A stretch of 64,000 nt of DNA, from assembly GCA_944390315.1 (NCBI GenBank), contig CALXPO010000025.1, forward strand, positions 73,286-137,285. The letters run 5' to 3'. This document shows positions 1 to 10,272 of this stretch, piece by piece (within the stretch, counting starts at the first letter, position 1; every line of letters begins with the position of its first letter). The translations under genes were made by a program, and so were the position numbers. Origin of the DNA: an uncultured Alphaproteobacteria bacterium (lineage in GTDB: Bacteria; Pseudomonadota; Alphaproteobacteria; RF32; CAG-239). A model generated the notes under the pieces. It was given only the letters and a program-made list of their open reading frames with translations. It was not told the DNA's origin and searched no databases.

Positions 1-834
1 GAGTATATCTTCAAAGCCCGTTGTGCGTTCTATCATTGCCATTTGACCGTTACCCATAATATGAGCCAAGCGGTCGGAAGTGTAGAGATAAACGTCGTTT
101 TGACGACTGAGATTGAGACCGATGGCAGCTTTGTTAAAAGCATCCAAGTATTCAAAACCGTTGAGAGTAGGGGTGCCTCTGATACCGCCGAGCAACCATT
201 TGATATCGGGAATTTTTTGTTCGGTTATTTTTAAGATGTCTTCAATCAGAGTCTCTTTGCCGCAAAATTGCCGACTTTTTGTCGTGGCACTTAAAAACAT
301 ATCATAGGGCAGGTTTTCTTTTTCGAAAGTTCTACCGGTTTCGATGGCGGCATCGACCATATTTGGCATATGTCCGACAGGCTTACCGTCTTGTTTGAAT
401 TGTTCAAGCAGTTTCTTTTCGGCAGTAGAGATGACGGTTACGTCAACGACGTCCAGTTTGCTTTTTATGGCATTAATATTATGATCGCATCCTTTGACAA
501 TCGGGTCGCAATTCCATTGCATAACCCGCATATCGGGAAAAATTTGGCGAATAGTTGCAATGGTTTCTGCAGAGATTGTATCGGCATGTCCCAAGAGCAT
601 GGCATCGGGGTGAACCGTACGGCAAAAATTTATCAAATGTTTGTTTAAGCGGTGTCTTCCCAAAGCGTTCATGTGTCCAAAACCAAACATACGGCACAAA
701 TCACGGTCGGGATAGTTGATGACCTCATATCCGTTTTTAATCAGTCCGTAGCTTATTTTGACGGGAAATCCGCACTGAAAACAGCCTTTTAAGCGCAGAG
801 AATTAAAATTGGCAACGTGTAATATTCTTTTCAT
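1..834 (-). CDS. Glycosyltransferase (GT1/GT4-like), N-terminal 278 codons. The C-terminus runs off the window edge.
   Basis: Not in the ORF track. I translated the minus strand by hand and found an uninterrupted frame from ATG at 834-832 down to base 1. It begins MKRILHVANFNSLRLKGCF...NGYEV, an N-terminus of the kind seen in GT4 enzymes. The start overlaps the stop of the upstream ORF (ATGA), which points to an operon. Confidence 0.45.
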   Translation of the reverse strand, partial: MKRILHVANFNSLRLKGCFQCGFPVKISYGLIKNGYEVINYPDRDLCRMFGFGHMNALGRHRLNKHLINFCRTVHPDAMLLGHADTISAETIATIRQIFPDMRVMQWNCDPIVKGCDHNINAIKSKLDVVDVTVISTAEKKLLEQFKQDGKPVGHMPNMVDAAIETGRTFEKENLPYDMFLSATTKSRQFCGKETLIEDILKITEQKIPDIKWLLGGIRGTPTLNGFEYLDAFNKAAIGLNLSRQNDVYLYTSDRLAHIMGNGQMAMIERTTGFEDIL

Positions 835-1520
835 TGTTTTTTGTTCCATAATTTGAGTCTGATGTTAATATTTGCAATGATTTTGAGCAAAGGATGTAAA
901 AAATTTGGGGCTCCGCCGGCAGCACTAAAACGAACTGAAACCAGCGGAAGACCTAATTCAATTGCTATTCCCATGCGATGATGTCCTTGATTGATGGTAT
1001 CTTTTATACCCATCATTCTGAGCAGCATAATATCCAAAGGATATTTATCATCATATCCTTTTTTCATTGAGTTATAGAGTTCGTTATACATACGATCGCG
1101 TTCTTCTTGCGGCCGATAAAATTTGGGGTTGGTCAAAGCATAAGCGTTTTCTTTATTGCGGATATTACGCTCAATTTTCAGCTTGCGAATTTCTTTTGGA
1201 TTGATGTGATAAATGTTTGATGATTCAAATTTCTTACGCAGGCGCAGAGGCTTGATAAACATACTGATAAAATCAAATTGTTTAAATCTGCTGAAAAAGG
1301 CAAAACGTACGCGAATATAGCTTTTATTGTTTTTGAGAGCTTTTTTTATGATTTCTCGTCCGCACAAAAGTTTATCTTTTTCTCCGGTTTTAAAATCACC
1401 GATTAAGACAACCACTTTATCTTTAAGTTTGGGAATATTTATTATATCGGCATCTTCCAGTATTCCAATGTCGGCAGGGCTGACGGGATATAATTCTGAC
1501 GATAGACACAGTTTATTCAT
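831..1520 (-). CDS. Hypothetical protein, probably a polysaccharide/LPS biosynthesis accessory, co-transcribed with the glycosyltransferase at 1-834
   Basis: 229-aa ORF whose stop overlaps the start of the downstream glycosyltransferase by 4 nt. Very AT-rich. I recognise no motif. Confidence 0.5.
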   Translation of the reverse strand: MNKLCLSSELYPVSPADIGILEDADIINIPKLKDKVVVLIGDFKTGEKDKLLCGREIIKKALKNNKSYIRVRFAFFSRFKQFDFISMFIKPLRLRKKFESSNIYHINPKEIRKLKIERNIRNKENAYALTNPKFYRPQEERDRMYNELYNSMKKGYDDKYPLDIMLLRMMGIKDTINQGHHRMGIAIELGLPLVSVRFSAAGGAPNFLHPLLKIIANINIRLKLWNKKQ

Positions 1521-1696
1521 TTAGTTCTCCTTTAAGTCAGAAATTATATAATTCAGAATATCAATAATCAATTATTTTGTGTTTGTTGTTCTAGTGTTTT
1601 TATCTAAGAAATAGCTTGTTGGGTATTGTGATGATATATTTTTTATGCTAAAATATATTTGAATATAAGATATAATTATGGGGAAGGAGAAAAGCG

Positions 1697-2167
1697 ATGA
1701 CAGAGGAAGATAAAAAAATCGTAGGTGAGAAATTTCTTCTTGAATTGCAACAAGCACCGACCAAAGGTCTATTGTTTGCGGTTGTGGAGAAGTATGTCGG
1801 CAGCTTATATCCCCAAAACGATATCCTGAAAGTTTTTGCCAGAGTATCTGATTTTGATGCCGTGGTTACCTATCAGGCTAAGCTCGCAATTGTCAGATTG
1901 GAATATAATGTTCATACTATAAAAGAAATTCATCAACGCTTAATCGGTTTGAAAAATTTTGGTGAAGATAACTATAAATATAAAGAAAAAATTATTCGTA
2001 AACTCAATCTGTTGATAAACAATCATCCTTCTGTCGATGATATGGTTTATATGGCTATGTCTGTTTTTATTGAACATGGTTTCGGCAGTGTCAAAGATTT
2101 TAAACAAGAATACCAAAAATGGATGACGGGTATGCCAAATCTTGATAAAGTTTCTGTCGTCGGATGA
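1697..2167 (+). CDS. Hypothetical protein
   Basis: 156-aa ORF with GGAGA upstream of the ATG, followed by a hairpin terminator. No recognisable motif. Confidence 0.45.
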   Translation: MTEEDKKIVGEKFLLELQQAPTKGLLFAVVEKYVGSLYPQNDILKVFARVSDFDAVVTYQAKLAIVRLEYNVHTIKEIHQRLIGLKNFGEDNYKYKEKIIRKLNLLINNHPSVDDMVYMAMSVFIEHGFGSVKDFKQEYQKWMTGMPNLDKVSVVG

Positions 2168-2199
2168 TTAACCAAATTTAAATTGCCGCAATTTATAAT

Positions 2200-2229
2200 A
2201 ACTCCCGAATAGTAGCGGGAGTTATTTTA
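2200..2229 (+). terminator. Rho-independent terminator
   Basis: actcccg-aatagtag-cgggagt followed by tatttt. Confidence 0.6.
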
Positions 2230-3582
2230 GTGATGATTAAAACAATCGGTATTATGACCGGAAATTCGCTGGATGCGGTTGATGCGGTTTTAACCTCTTT
2301 TGATGAAAAATCAATTAGGGATGAAGGGGCTTTTTCTTTAGCTTATCCGCCAGAGTTAAAAGAAAAATTTTTAGCTTTGAAAAATATGTTTTGCCGTCAA
2401 AACAATCATTTCGAAATTTTTCAAAGTGATTTTTTTAGAAAAACGGTTGATGAATATACCTGCTTGGTTGCCAAAACGGTAAATCTGCTTTTGGAAAAAT
2501 ATTTCGTTAACAAAAACGATATTGCCGCCATTGGATTTCACGGACAAACTTGTGACCATTTTCCACCGTCGATTGCCCAAGGAGGCGAGCCCTATACGCT
2601 ACAGGTCGGTGACGCACAAAAATTGGCGGATTTAACCGATATACCCGTAATTTATGATTTTCGCTCCGATGATATTATGAACGGCGGAGAAGGCGCACCG
2701 CTTGCACCGCTGCATAATTCGCATTTGGCTCAAGTGATGAAAAAACAGGGATTTGACAATGTCGCTTTTTGCAACGGCGGCAATACCGGAAATATTGCCG
2801 TTGTGAATAATAATCAAGTTGTCGGATGGGATATCGGCCCGTTTAATCATTTACCGGATTTGTTAATGCGCAAATATAAAAATTTGCCATATGATAAAAA
2901 TGGGGAATTTGGCAAAAAAGGAAAAGTTAATCTCGAATTGTTGCGGAAAATGTTTAATCATATTGCCGTTTGTGCCGACGGAGAAAATTTTTACCTCAAA
3001 ATGCCGCCTAAGTCTTCCGATCCTCATTGGTATCAGGAAATTTTTGACAGTACACTCAGTTTCGAGGATAATCTCAGAACGGCGGAATATCTCAGTGCTT
3101 ATGCTTTTGTGTATAATTTGCAGTATTTATCATCTGAAATTGAGTTGCCTTGTTTGTATCTTCTTTTTGGCGGCGGATGGAAAAATGTAGTGATTTTGGA
3201 GGATTTCAAAAAATTGCTTAAAAACAATCCGTTAATACTACCGGAACATATGCGGATTTTTGATGCCATATATCAACGTTTGCCAAAGGATATTGTCGTA
3301 GAGTTTAGTGATAAGTTCGGTTTTTCGGGCGAATATATGGAAGCACGAATTTTTGCCGATATGGCTTATGCAAAGATTTGCAATCAGCCGTTTTCTATGC
3401 CTGAAATCAGCGGCTGCCGTCAACCTACCGTCGATGGCGTGTTCGTCTTGCCCAAAAGCCCCAAAAACTACCTTTTGCAGGAATTGTTAGAACAGTACAA
3501 TAATCCTGCGCAACCTGAAAACAGATCGCTATTGTGGAGCAGAGCTTCTAAAGGTTGGCAACATTTCAGCGACGGCATTTAG
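2230..3582 (+). CDS. anmK: Anhydro-N-acetylmuramic acid kinase
   Basis: N-terminal GIMTGNSLDAVDAVL matches the AnmK GxMSGTSLDGxD signature, and FCNGGNTGNIAV matches the NxGGxxN motif. GTG/ATG start at 2230/2233. At 450 aa it is longer than the usual ~370 aa. Confidence 0.75.
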   Translation: MMIKTIGIMTGNSLDAVDAVLTSFDEKSIRDEGAFSLAYPPELKEKFLALKNMFCRQNNHFEIFQSDFFRKTVDEYTCLVAKTVNLLLEKYFVNKNDIAAIGFHGQTCDHFPPSIAQGGEPYTLQVGDAQKLADLTDIPVIYDFRSDDIMNGGEGAPLAPLHNSHLAQVMKKQGFDNVAFCNGGNTGNIAVVNNNQVVGWDIGPFNHLPDLLMRKYKNLPYDKNGEFGKKGKVNLELLRKMFNHIAVCADGENFYLKMPPKSSDPHWYQEIFDSTLSFEDNLRTAEYLSAYAFVYNLQYLSSEIELPCLYLLFGGGWKNVVILEDFKKLLKNNPLILPEHMRIFDAIYQRLPKDIVVEFSDKFGFSGEYMEARIFADMAYAKICNQPFSMPEISGCRQPTVDGVFVLPKSPKNYLLQELLEQYNNPAQPENRSLLWSRASKGWQHFSDGI

Positions 3583-5185
3583 CGAGCATATCCAATTCCG
3601 ATTTATAATAAGACGACGATACGCGGCTCATTCCAAGCAATGTGTGAAAAATGTTGTCATGAGAAAAATAATCAGATTTCATTTGGCGAATGCAGTCTAT
3701 GTCTATATTATTATCTCGAATGTAATCGGGAGAAAACCACAACAGGGTCGGAATGTGTTTTTGTTCATCCGGAGCTGTGTTATAGGGGGCAGAGTGTAAA
3801 TATATACCGTCTTTGCCCAAAGATTCTCCATGATCGGAAGTAAACAGCATCGCAATATTATATTTATCCTGTAAGGATTTGAGTTTTTTGATTGTTTCTG
3901 CAAGCATGTGAGATGTATAATAAATCGTATTATCATAGACGTTAATTAGTTCTTGTTCGCTGCATTTTTGCAAAAATTCTGTTTGGCAGATGGGTTTATA
4001 TATTTCAAATTCTTTAGGGTAGCGTAGGGCATAAAGCGGTCCGTGGCTGCCTCTTTGGTGCAAGACGACCAAAGTCGGCATATCTGTTGAAGTAATCTTG
4101 TTTGCAAAATTAGTTAGTAAAATTTCGTCCGGACATTCTTTAACCGTACAGAAACGTTCTTGCTCAATACGATTACAATTGTCCTTGCAATCGGTATTGT
4201 TTTCTCGCCAAAGGAGCTTATAACCGGCTTTATCTATAATATCGAGAACATTTTCTGTATATTTTTCACTTTCAGGCTTAAAATGTCTACGGTCATCGGG
4301 TGAAAAAATACATGGCATGGAAATGGCCGTTGCCGTGCCGCAAGAATAGAAATTGTCAAAATAAATAAATTCATCGGCATATTTTTCCAAGGGCTTATTT
4401 GTCGGACGATTGTATCCTGATAATGAAAAACTGGCATCACGAGCAGATTCCCCGATGATGACGACAATTAAATTAGGTTTTGAATTTTCTTTTTGTGGCA
4501 ACATTTTGGCATCTTGTGAAATTTGTTTAAGTTCAATGCCGATATATTGCATTTTTATTTTAGTGACAGAGATGATTGCTCCGATGTAGTTGACAGGGAT
4601 AAGTGCATTTTTTAATGGCTTGTGTTGTCTCAAAACCTTTGGATTATGATATATGGCACAACCGATTATAAAAGATGTTATCAGAGCAGCGATAATACTT
4701 GTTATGAGTTTGATTTTCAATTCTTGTCTGAACGGGGCAAAAACAATATTTGTCTTTAGTATTAAATATGATGGAATAACGGCCAAACATATCAGATAAC
4801 CCAACATTTTTAGGCTAAGTAAGTCTGCTACTTCGTAAACATCTGTTTGTAGGACGTTTAGTAACATAATTTTGTCAATTACCACGCCATAGGCATTCAT
4901 AAAATAAAACGCAGCCGTATTTGCAAAGCAAAAGAATATAGCTAAACCTTTTACCAAGCGACGACAAAATAATATGGAGAGAATAACATACAAAGCACAG
5001 AATATACATAAAGCAACAAACAATCCTCCCCACAGAGAATCATTATGTTCACAAGCGGCCGTTGTAAAAGGAATGTTAAATGCCAGCATTGTAAATAAGC
5101 AATAAAGCAAATTAAAAAGTGATGATGAAATTTGCCAAAAGTATTTCTTGCTTTGTGGTAATATCATATTTTTTCTTTCATTCAA
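3566..5185 (-). CDS. Phosphoethanolamine transferase, EptA/sulfatase family
   Basis: About 180 aa of N-terminal TM helices, then NLIVVIIGESARDASFSLSGYNRPTN and TSDHGESLG, which are typical of lipid A / core phosphoethanolamine transferases. Confidence 0.8.
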   Translation of the reverse strand: MNERKNMILPQSKKYFWQISSSLFNLLYCLFTMLAFNIPFTTAACEHNDSLWGGLFVALCIFCALYVILSILFCRRLVKGLAIFFCFANTAAFYFMNAYGVVIDKIMLLNVLQTDVYEVADLLSLKMLGYLICLAVIPSYLILKTNIVFAPFRQELKIKLITSIIAALITSFIIGCAIYHNPKVLRQHKPLKNALIPVNYIGAIISVTKIKMQYIGIELKQISQDAKMLPQKENSKPNLIVVIIGESARDASFSLSGYNRPTNKPLEKYADEFIYFDNFYSCGTATAISMPCIFSPDDRRHFKPESEKYTENVLDIIDKAGYKLLWRENNTDCKDNCNRIEQERFCTVKECPDEILLTNFANKITSTDMPTLVVLHQRGSHGPLYALRYPKEFEIYKPICQTEFLQKCSEQELINVYDNTIYYTSHMLAETIKKLKSLQDKYNIAMLFTSDHGESLGKDGIYLHSAPYNTAPDEQKHIPTLLWFSPDYIRDNNIDIDCIRQMKSDYFSHDNIFHTLLGMSRVSSSYYKSELDMLAKCRR

Positions 5186-5188
5186 AAA

Positions 5189-5908
5189 TTAAAACAATTC
5201 GCCTTGAGGATTATGTGATAATTCTGTTATAGCTTCTTTAACGATGGCAATAGATACAGCTCTTTTGTAGGCAAGGGATATGTTGTCAATTTTATCCACC
5301 AACTTTTGCGCATAAGCAAAAGATCGCTGCATATTTTTTAACATATAATTGACGATTTCAAGAGAGACGGTAATCTGCCTGTCCATAAAAAGTTTAATAA
5401 TTAAGGCAGAAAGCAGCTCATCATCCGGCTCTTTTATTTCAATAGACGGAATGATGTTTAATCTTGAACGCAAGTCGGGGAGTTTTATATTCATTCTTGC
5501 CGGTGCATGGCGTGCGGTAAATAAAATATATCCGCCTTCGTTGCGGTACATGTTATAGAGATGAAACATAGCCTCTTCGTCTATTTTTTCATTGAGGTCT
5601 TCTATCACCAAACAATGATGTTTGCTAAACAACAGAGGCGGCATGTCTAACGTAATTTGCGAAGCAAAAATTCGTGGAATTTGGTATGGATAATGTTCTT
5701 TAATGGATACATTATCAGAAAAAATGTGAGCCAGATGTGTTTTGCCGCAATTTTCGGGTCCATAGATGCACAAGGCAAAAAAAGGCCATTGCGGCCATTG
5801 ATTAACCGCAGTAAAAGCCTCTTTATTGCAAGAAGATACGATAAAATCTTCTTTGCCCATATACGAGTAATGCGGAAAATCCAAAGACAATTGTAATTTA
5901 CCTGTCAT
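5189..5908 (-). CDS. hdaA: DnaA-homolog regulatory inactivator Hda
   Basis: QLSLDF...GPENCGKTHLAHIF: Walker A in a DnaA-like AAA+ fold, with the length (~230 aa) expected of Hda. Confidence 0.75.
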   Translation of the reverse strand: MTGKLQLSLDFPHYSYMGKEDFIVSSCNKEAFTAVNQWPQWPFFALCIYGPENCGKTHLAHIFSDNVSIKEHYPYQIPRIFASQITLDMPPLLFSKHHCLVIEDLNEKIDEEAMFHLYNMYRNEGGYILFTARHAPARMNIKLPDLRSRLNIIPSIEIKEPDDELLSALIIKLFMDRQITVSLEIVNYMLKNMQRSFAYAQKLVDKIDNISLAYKRAVSIAIVKEAITELSHNPQGELF

Positions 5909-5914
5909 CTGTTT

Positions 5915-8539
5915 TTATCCTTTGTTTAGCACATCAAATATTTTTTTTGTCAAATCCCCTAAGCTGAAAGGCTTAGCCATAAATTCGAAATTGCTGTCGG
6001 CAGAAATCTCGTTTCGGGCAATTTCTTCAGAATATCCTGAGGCTAAAATAATTTTTATATCGGGAATGAGCTGTTTTACTTTATTGGCTAATTCTATTCC
6101 ATTCATCCCGGGCATAACCATATCTGTTACCAGCAGTTGGAAATTTTGTTCTTTTTCGAGCTGTTCTAGCGCATTTTCGGCCGAATTGCAACCAATAACC
6201 TCATAACCTTTTTTCTTTAAGGCTCGAACGGCAAAACTACGAACGGAATCTTCATCTTCTACAAATAAAATACGAATGTTCGAATGATGATTTTCTTGAT
6301 CAAAACCACGGTCAATGGCTGATACGTTTAATCCAAAAATAAATTTTTGATTTACTGGCATAGAAGCACGTGGCTGCTCTTTGACTGTCATGACCGGTGA
6401 ACCATCGGCAGATGTGACTTCAGGATGTTTTACAACTTCATTTTGACCGATTTTCTGAGGGTTATCGGCAAAACGCGGCAGATAAATAAAAAATGTTGTG
6501 CCTTTGCCGACGGTACTGTTTACTCGAATAAAACCTCCGGTTTGTTGTACAATACCATAAACCATTGCCAATCCCAAGCCCGTACCGGAACCGACAATAT
6601 TTTGTTTGGTGGAGAAAAAGGGTTCAAATATTCGATTTAGATTTTCTTGAGGAATGCCGCATCCCGTATCAGAAACCTCTATAACAACAAAATCTCCCGG
6701 CGCAATTGTTTCTTCACCAAAAGGCTGAGGTTGTTGTATTCGTTCTGTTCTCGTCACAATTGTTAAAGTGCCGTTACCGTTCATCGCATCTTTGGCATTG
6801 ACTGCCAGATTAATAATAACTTGAGAAAACTGTACAGGATCAACCTTTATATAGCCTAAGTCGTTACCATGATGAAACTTTAATACTATTCTTTCTCCCA
6901 AAACTCGTTTGAGCATTTGGCTCAAGTCCATAAAGTTTTCGGTTACATCTATAAATTTGGGTTGCAGAGGCTGTTTTCGTGAAAAAGCCAACAATTGTCG
7001 TACCAACTGAGCCGCGCGATTGGCATTGTTCTTTATTTGAATGAGGTCGGCAAAAGATGGATCACCGACATTGTGACGTTGAATAAGCAAATCGCAAAAA
7101 CCTATAATGGCTGTTAGAAGATTGTTAAAATCATGAGCAACACCTCCGGCTAATTGTCCCATGGCTTGCATCTTTTGTGCTTGTGCAAACTTATTTTCCA
7201 GTTCTTTTTGTTCCGTTGCATCAATCATAAAAATAACAAAACCGTCTATATCACTTGGACCATACAGACTTTGCATGGGGGTAACATAAGAAATGGCAAT
7301 TTTTTTTGTTTGATTTAGATTTATTTCCATGCTTGCATTCTTTTTTCTGCCGCTTTGTATATTATTGAACTCTATTGACAGATTGTGCCAGTCCGATTTG
7401 CCCATAAGAGTAGACAGATTGGCGTGAACTAAGTCTTGGCTATTGTTAAGAAGAAGTTTTTGCGCTTGATGATTATATTCCTTAATTGTGCCGTCCGTTT
7501 TAACAAATACGATACCGATGGGCGCTTTATCAAACAACCAACTGATTTTATCTAGTGTATCGGTAAGTTGATGATGCAATTTTTCATCATTAGGCAAATC
7601 CGAAATTGTTGTACCGCGTATTTTTATGATATTTTTTTCGCGAAATGTATCTTGCCGAATAAAGACTTCGCAATCCTGTGAATATTTATTGATAAAATGA
7701 ACCGTATGACTCCATTCGTCACAGGGCGGTATGGGGGAATTTTTGCTTAACAATTGTTTTAGATTGCTTCCGATGATTTTTTCACGGTCATATCCTAACA
7801 TTTTAGCAAAAGCATGATTACAATACTGAATTGTCAGTTCGTTGTCGCAGATATATAGTCCAATCGGCAAATAGTCGGTAAAATCATGTAATCCGCGTCG
7901 CTCTTCTTTAAAAATTTGTTCCAAGTTATGTTCGTTTGTAATATCTTTGAAACTCCAATATACAAATGTATCTTTGCGTATTTTTTTTAGAGCCAGAGTA
8001 TGTTCAAACAAATCTGTTTTTTTTAACGAAATGGGGCGAAGCGTTATTTCGTACCAATTTTGATTTTCGGCATTATCTCCGCTTTTGAGTGATAAGATTA
8101 CTTTTTCGTTGTTTAGATTGGCAAATGCATTTTTTAATCTTTGAAAGGCAAGGGGATTGTTGCGATTATACGGAGATAAGTTATTTTGCAAAAAACTTAA
8201 AATCCCGCCCCGATTAAACATTTCTTTAGCCATATCATTTTCAATGATAACTTGACCTTTGGCGTTATCAATACGTTTGGCCTGAGTGCTTTTATTAATG
8301 ATTTCGTTGGCAAAACCGCCATAATTTATAGCTTTTTCACCGGCTTTTAGAGTTAACAGCGACAGTACGATACAAAAGATGGTAACTGCCGCCGTTAAGC
8401 CTAAAAACAATATCATATACTTTGGAAATAAGATTGTCGAAATTAACAAGAGTGTCAGCACTACCAAAGAATATGCCAATCCTATCAGCCTTTTTTGTAA
8501 AAGTCTGTCCGGACGAGATATTTTGGTATGTGCTAACAT
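5915..8539 (-). CDS. cckA: Hybrid sensor histidine kinase / response regulator with a CckA-like architecture
   Basis: N-terminal TM helices, PAS-like repeats, HisKA H-box VAHDFNNLLTAIIGFCDLL, an HATPase_c domain, and a C-terminal receiver (ILFVEDEDSVR...LLVTDMVMPGMNG). The gene symbol is inferred from domain order and the hdaA/mipZ neighbourhood. Confidence 0.55.
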   Translation of the reverse strand: MLAHTKISRPDRLLQKRLIGLAYSLVVLTLLLISTILFPKYMILFLGLTAAVTIFCIVLSLLTLKAGEKAINYGGFANEIINKSTQAKRIDNAKGQVIIENDMAKEMFNRGGILSFLQNNLSPYNRNNPLAFQRLKNAFANLNNEKVILSLKSGDNAENQNWYEITLRPISLKKTDLFEHTLALKKIRKDTFVYWSFKDITNEHNLEQIFKEERRGLHDFTDYLPIGLYICDNELTIQYCNHAFAKMLGYDREKIIGSNLKQLLSKNSPIPPCDEWSHTVHFINKYSQDCEVFIRQDTFREKNIIKIRGTTISDLPNDEKLHHQLTDTLDKISWLFDKAPIGIVFVKTDGTIKEYNHQAQKLLLNNSQDLVHANLSTLMGKSDWHNLSIEFNNIQSGRKKNASMEINLNQTKKIAISYVTPMQSLYGPSDIDGFVIFMIDATEQKELENKFAQAQKMQAMGQLAGGVAHDFNNLLTAIIGFCDLLIQRHNVGDPSFADLIQIKNNANRAAQLVRQLLAFSRKQPLQPKFIDVTENFMDLSQMLKRVLGERIVLKFHHGNDLGYIKVDPVQFSQVIINLAVNAKDAMNGNGTLTIVTRTERIQQPQPFGEETIAPGDFVVIEVSDTGCGIPQENLNRIFEPFFSTKQNIVGSGTGLGLAMVYGIVQQTGGFIRVNSTVGKGTTFFIYLPRFADNPQKIGQNEVVKHPEVTSADGSPVMTVKEQPRASMPVNQKFIFGLNVSAIDRGFDQENHHSNIRILFVEDEDSVRSFAVRALKKKGYEVIGCNSAENALEQLEKEQNFQLLVTDMVMPGMNGIELANKVKQLIPDIKIILASGYSEEIARNEISADSNFEFMAKPFSLGDLTKKIFDVLNKG

Positions 8540-8556
8540 CTGTTTTGAAGTATCTC

Positions 8557-10173
8557 CTATGTTGTTACATCGGCTTTTGTTTTGCCGGTGCGTTTTTCAA
8601 TCTCGGCTAATTCCGCTGCGATTTTAAGCAATTCATCGACCATTTGTCTTGGATCGGAATCGAGATTGTCTCGGCTGAATTTTTCAATATAAACACGTAA
8701 TGTCGCACCGCTTGATGATGTTCCTGATAAACGATAGACAATACGAGAGCCGTCAGCAAACAAAATTCTTAAGCCATTTGATGTCGAAGAGTGATCAACG
8801 GGATCATTATATACAAATTTTTCGGCTTTTACGACTTCATATGAACCCAATTTTTGTCCGTTAAGCGGCGGAAGTTTAGCTTCCAAATCGCTCATTAACT
8901 TATTGGCAACATCGGTCGGAATTCCGTCAAAATCAAAACGCAGATAGTAGCTACGACCATATTTTTTCCAATGTTCACGTGTGATTTGCTCAACACTTTT
9001 GCCTGTTGCGGCAATAATGCTCAGCCAGAACAAAACGGCCCAGATGCCGTCTTTCTCACGGATATGGCTGGAACCTGTACCAAAACTTTCTTCACCGCAG
9101 AATGTAATACGGTTTGAATCCATCAAGTTAACAAAATATTTCCAACCGGTCGGAACTTCGTAATATCCGATTTTTTTCTCTTGAGCTACCCGTGCAACGG
9201 CAGTTGAAGTAGCCATGGATTTGGCAACGCCGAAAATACCGTCTTTGTAGGCAGGAATAAGGTTGTAGTTATCGGTTAAAATAGCCAAGCTGTCGCTTGG
9301 GGTAACAAAAAACTTTTTGCCCAAAATCATATTACGGTCGCCGTCACCGTCATTGGCCGCGCCAAAATCAGGTGCATCGTCAGAATACATTATGTTAACC
9401 AATTCTTTGGCATAAACTAAATTCGGGTCTGGGTGCAATCCGCCGAAATCGGGTTTGGGCGTTGCATTTAAGACCGAGCCTTTGGCCGCGCCTAAAATTT
9501 CCTCAAATATGCGAATGGCATATGGACCGGTTACGGCATTCATTGCATCAAAACGCATGGTGAAGCCTTTGGCAAAAAGTTTTTTGAGAGCGTCAAAATC
9601 AAAGATTTTTTGCATTAATTCAACATAGTCATTTACGGTATCTATGACTTCAATCTCCATATCGCCCAATTTTTGGCTTCCCAAGTGGCTCAAATCAATA
9701 TTTGGAGCATCAAAAATTTTGAATTCGCGAATATTTTTGCTGTTGGCATAAATTTGTTCGCTGACTTGTCCGGAGCATTGACCGCCGGTTTCGGTTGCAA
9801 ATTTTATACCAAAATCTCCGTTTTCGCCACCGGGATTGTGCGAAGCGGAAAGAACAAAGCCTCCGTCGGTATGACGTTTAAGAATTATATTTGATGAAGC
9901 CGGCGTTGATAAGAAGCCATTTTGACCTACAATAAGTTTTTTAACACCGTTGGCTGCTGCCATTTTAATTAACTTTTGGACAGCTATATCATTATAAAAA
10001 CGACCATCTCCGCCGACAACAAAAGTTTTGCCTTCGGGGTGAATGGTGTTAAAAATGCTTTGCAGAAAATTCTCAAAATAGTGTTCTTGCATAACCACTT
10101 TGGATTTTTTTCTCAATCCGGCAGTCCCCATTTTTTGATCATCATAGGGAGTTGTTGGAATAACTTGTATCAT
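8557..10173 (-). CDS. pgm: Phosphoglucomutase (alpha-D-glucose phosphate-specific)
   Basis: MGTAGLRKK near the N-terminus and the catalytic serine loop SASHNPGG. Length 538 aa. Confidence 0.9.
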   Translation of the reverse strand: MIQVIPTTPYDDQKMGTAGLRKKSKVVMQEHYFENFLQSIFNTIHPEGKTFVVGGDGRFYNDIAVQKLIKMAAANGVKKLIVGQNGFLSTPASSNIILKRHTDGGFVLSASHNPGGENGDFGIKFATETGGQCSGQVSEQIYANSKNIREFKIFDAPNIDLSHLGSQKLGDMEIEVIDTVNDYVELMQKIFDFDALKKLFAKGFTMRFDAMNAVTGPYAIRIFEEILGAAKGSVLNATPKPDFGGLHPDPNLVYAKELVNIMYSDDAPDFGAANDGDGDRNMILGKKFFVTPSDSLAILTDNYNLIPAYKDGIFGVAKSMATSTAVARVAQEKKIGYYEVPTGWKYFVNLMDSNRITFCGEESFGTGSSHIREKDGIWAVLFWLSIIAATGKSVEQITREHWKKYGRSYYLRFDFDGIPTDVANKLMSDLEAKLPPLNGQKLGSYEVVKAEKFVYNDPVDHSSTSNGLRILFADGSRIVYRLSGTSSSGATLRVYIEKFSRDNLDSDPRQMVDELLKIAAELAEIEKRTGKTKADVTT

Positions 10174-10272
10174 AATCTCTCCTTAAAAATACGTGTTGAT
10201 ATGATGAGGGATAATTTAGCACCCTTTATTAGGAACTCAAGAAAAAGCTCGGTTTTACTAACTGGATTTTTA

